A stretch of DNA of 63,977 nt, counting the filler, from Reticulomyxa filosa (taxonomy: Eukaryota; Protista; Foraminifera), in NCBI GenBank assembly GCA_000512085.1. It is 18 parts of 18 records of this genome, joined end to end, with 100 filler letters (N's around TTAATTAATTAA, not from the genome) between each part and the next. Parts side by side here need not be neighbours in the genome. Positions count along the whole stretch, not along the records: positions 57,797 to 60,518 come from ASPP01048526.1; positions 60,619 to 61,772 come from ASPP01019842.1; positions 61,873 to 63,977 come from ASPP01015214.1; 15 more parts are not named here. The stretch is one strand, 5' to 3'. A program made the translations under genes and the position numbers. Shown here one piece after another: positions 60,281-63,977 of the stretch. The first letter of the stretch is position 1. Every line of letters begins with the position of its first letter. Under the pieces are notes generated by a model. It saw only the letters and a program-made list of their open reading frames with translations. It had not been told where the DNA came from and ran no database searches.

Positions 60281-61106
60281 TGCTGCTGTTAACACATTAC
60301 ACAATATATAGATGTATATATGTGTGTATAATATAGTATGTTTTATCTTTTAATAACTTATTTTATAAGTATATCTTTGAATTGACTTTTGTTTATTTTG
60401 TTTTTCTTTAAGTATTCGTCGATGTCGTTTTCGTGTCTTTTGTGTTTCTGTGTATGTTCATGCAGTGTCCATGGGCGTATTTATGTCATCGTATTTGTTA
60501 CCAAATTGATGACTTTACNNNNNNNNNNNNNNNNNNNNNNNNNNNNNNNNNNNNNNNNNNNNTTAATTAATTAANNNNNNNNNNNNNNNNNNNNNNNNNN
60601 NNNNNNNNNNNNNNNNNNTCATTTTATGAGAGAAACTGAACACTGAGCACTTTCAAACTTATCTGTGCCAATGGTTGCGCTTGATACGTTTTTGTGATGG
60701 TTCAAACTCAAGTCACTATTTCTTCTCACTGGTGTAGTTTAATTTTTTTTTTTCCTCCTTATTTCTATTCTTTCCAATAAGGAGAGGATTGGACCATGCT
60801 CGCTTCAAAACAAACAATCAACAAAAGGTCTACATTTTAGTGAAAAAACTCCAGTGTTTACTGCTGAGTTGAAAATGGCTATCTTGAGAAATTGAAACAA
60901 TTTTGTGCGATGTTTATTCAATTTTGTCTATTTAGTCTTACTTAAAAATCCTTCAATGTAAAGAAAATGCTAAGTTTTGCGCACTGGCCATCATTGACGA
61001 AGGATAAAACAGTTGTAGGTAATCCATCGTTTTTTTTGGTTTTTAAGTTCGGTCATATAACAAAAACTCTATATTTCAGAAACTTTTTTTTTTTGCTCTT
61101 ATCAGA

Positions 61107-61772
61107 ATGAATATCAATGGCGTCAAAGCAGAAGAAATGGCAATAAATAATGTTGACTCTCTTTTTGAAACATTGGTTCCTTTGCCAACTCCACTTCGTC
61201 TTACCCAGTGTGTTGTACACGGACATGAAATTCTCATTTGTGGAGGTGGGGAAATAAAAACATGTTTTTCATACCATACACTCAAAAACCAGTACAAATT
61301 GATTTGTTCCTATCCAGAAGGGATTGAAATGGGCCATTGTGTGGTGAAAAGACTGTCTCCAAGCACAAATGAGTTAACATTATTGTCATTGAGTGGACAA
61401 GACCGAGAGAAGCAAAAGTATGGATTTGTAATGAAATATAAAAGCGTTTGGGACAATGAAGGTGAAAATCAAAAAGAGAAGCAGTACAATGAATGGATGC
61501 CATTTACTGATAATAGCAACAAATTAATAACAATTGGCAAAGATGATGATTGTCATTTTGGGTTACGTGGAGTGATTGGTGGCAGTGATAATCATTTGTT
61601 GTTTATGACTTATTTTCCCAAGAATATTGACGTGTTTAATTTGAATACATTCCAATATGCAAAGCAAGAGATGTTGCCAATGCGTAACGGGAACAGGGTA
61701 CATTATCATTGTTTTGTATCAAAGGCCAAGCATGAAATGCTGTTGTTTACTTTTAATACTGGGTTATCAATA
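61107..61772 (+). CDS. Kelch-like beta-propeller family protein, paralog of 43488-44678 (3' truncated)
   Basis: FETLVPLPTPLRLTQCVVHGHEILICGG..CFSYH..GHCVVKR..YKSVWD..GVIGGSDNHLLFMTYFPKNIDVFNLNTFQY..YHCFVS aligns with the propeller of the caspase fusion gene. Confidence 0.8.
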
Positions 61773-61872
61773 NNNNNNNNNNNNNNNNNNNNNNNNNNNN
61801 NNNNNNNNNNNNNNNNTTAATTAATTAANNNNNNNNNNNNNNNNNNNNNNNNNNNNNNNNNNNNNNNNNNNN

Positions 61873-63977
61873 CAGTTGTTTATCAGTCAAATTCGTTGAA
61901 ATTACTCCAAGTGATTTTGCACATGAATTACGAACATCTTTATCTTTGTCTTTCAATCCATCGATCAAAGTATGAATTGCATTTTCCAGTTGTTTATCAG
62001 TCAAATTCGTTGAAAATACTCCAAGTGATTTTGCATATGATTCGCGAGTATATTCATCTTTTAATCCACTTATCAAAACGTTGATAACTTTTTCCAATTG
62101 TTTATCATTCAATTTTGTTGAAATTGTTTCAAGTGATGTTTTACATAATTCACGAATACATTTATTTTCATCTTCTAATCCATTCAAACATTCGAAAACA
62201 TCATCCAAATGCTTTTTGTTTAATTTTATTGAAAGAAATCCAATAAATTCTGCATACCATGTATGATTCCATGTACTGTTATCTTTGAGTCCGTTGATCA
62301 AACATGTGACAACAGAATCGATTTGTGTTTCATTCAATTTCATTGCAATTCCTTTAAGTAAATTTCTAAATATAAAATTATCATGTCCATTTATATTTTG
62401 AAATCTATCAATCAAATATTGAACAGTAATATCCAATTGTTTATCATTCCATTTCTTTGAAAGTGTTACAAGTGATTGTACACATGACCCCCGAATATTC
62501 TCATTGCTATCTTTTAATCCATTTATCAAACATTGAAAAGCATCATCGAAATGTTTTTCATTTAGGTTCACTGAAATTTTTCCAAGTAATTCTGCACATT
62601 TATCACGTAAATTTTTATCATTATTTTTATCAGTGAATATATGCATTGAAGAGTTAAAAGCTTCATTCAATTGTTGTTCATTACATTTATTTGAAATTAT
62701 TTCAAGTATTCGAATGCACTTGATACGAATATTTGGATGTTCATTTTTATCATTTAACTTATCCATACAATAATTCAATGAAATGTTTATTTGTTTTTCA
62801 TCCAATCTCTGTGCAATTCCATAAAATAGACAAATACCTTTGGATTCACTAATGAAATAATTAAAAGCATTATCGAATTGTTTCCCAGACAATTTCACTG
62901 TAATTGTCTCAAGTGCTTCTCTATACTCCCAATAATAATCCTTATTGAGCATGTCTTTTAAAGAATTGAAGGCATCATTCAATTGTTTTTCATTCCATTC
63001 CATTGAGAGTTTTCCAAGTAATTTTGCGTATTTTCTACGATTATATTTATCTTCCTTTTCATCGGATAATTGATTAATCAAACATTGAAAGATATCATTT
63101 AATTGTCTTTCATTCCATTTCATTGAGAGTTCTCCAAGTAATTCTGCGTAGTTTCTATCTGTCTTTTCATCGGATAATTGATTAATCGAATATTGAAAGA
63201 TATCATTTAATTGTTTTTCATTCCATTTCATTGAGAGTTTTCCAAGTAATTCTGCGCAGCTTATACGAAAAAATAGATCTCCCGATAATCCATTAATCAA
63301 ATATCGAAAGACATCATTCAATTGTCTTTCATTCCATTTCATTGAGAATTTTCCAAGAAATTCTGCGCGACTTTGACGATTATATATATCTCCCTTTTCA
63401 TCGAATAATTGATTAATCAAACATTCAAAAAAATAATCCAATTGTTCTTCTTTCAAGTTCAATATAAATTGAACCGCACCTGTATGATCACCATAAAAAT
63501 ATGAAGGACGCCTATGAATGAAATATTGTAATGCATTATCCAACTGTTTTCCTCCCAATTGTGATGAAATCGTTGCAAGTGCGTGTTCACATTTATCACA
63601 AAATTTAATTTTTCCATTATCAATCTTATCAAAGGCATTCATCAAACATTCAAACACTTTATTCAATTGTCTCTTATTCAAGTTGAGTGCTATTTTTAGA
63701 ATTAATTGTGCACATATTATATGATTATCATCAAATCCATCCATGAAGAATTCAAAAACATCATCTAATTGTTGTTCATTTAATTTCACTGATATCACAC
63801 AAAGTAAGCCTGCACACGTTTTATTGTGTTTTTTAAAAACTTGTTTGTAACATTGGACAACAACATCTGAAGTTTCTGTTGAAATACACAAATACTGTAA
63901 TAAATTCAATCGATCTTTTATTAATCCCTCATCATCAAGTGCATTGAATTGTGTTTGAATTATCTTAATTTGATCGA
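61873..63977 (-). CDS. HEAT/ARM-like tandem-repeat solenoid protein (both ends outside contig/window)
   Basis: About 17 units of ~36-41 aa (LG.IS.KLNEKQLD.VF.CLINGLKD....VR..CA.. type), intronless over 2.1 kb. Confidence 0.85.

Noticed and set aside
1225-61872. Regularly recurring TTAATTAATTAA palindrome flanked by Ns
   Set aside because: Identical 100-bp synthetic spacer with six-frame stops. Not a biological repeat or CRISPR. It also invalidates cross-contig neighbourhood, for example the apparent proximity of the two caspase genes.

Overview
Eukaryotic, intron-containing, AT-rich DNA. The window is not one locus. It is 18 short contigs joined by 17 artificial 100-bp linkers (44 N + TTAATTAATTAA + 44 N), so gene order is meaningful only within a contig. 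The expanded families (TRAF-zinc-finger/WD40, kelch-like propellers, 42-aa TPR arrays, HEAT-like solenoids), A/T-run introns and many pseudogenes suggest a foraminiferan such as Reticulomyxa filosa (inference). Recognisable genes include mitochondrial Hsp70, crooked neck (CRNKL1), an LSM12-like gene, a giant HERC/MYCBP2-style scaffold (SPRY, NZF, UIM, CUB-like), a MIEAP/SPATA18-domain protein, WWE, ShKT and EF-hand proteins, and GLDH and copine pseudogene remnants. The main finding appears only after splicing by hand. Two unrelated repeat 'sensor' genes, a predicted N-myristoylated kelch-like propeller (44678-41972, -) and a ~10x TPR array (48500-51185, +), are each joined by a phase-0 intron to a homologous PB1-like + caspase-family (peptidase C14, His-Cys dyad intact) exon. 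This looks like an exon-shuffled sensor-PB1-caspase system, possibly for innate immunity or cell death. One copy lies directly beside a TRAF7-architecture gene.
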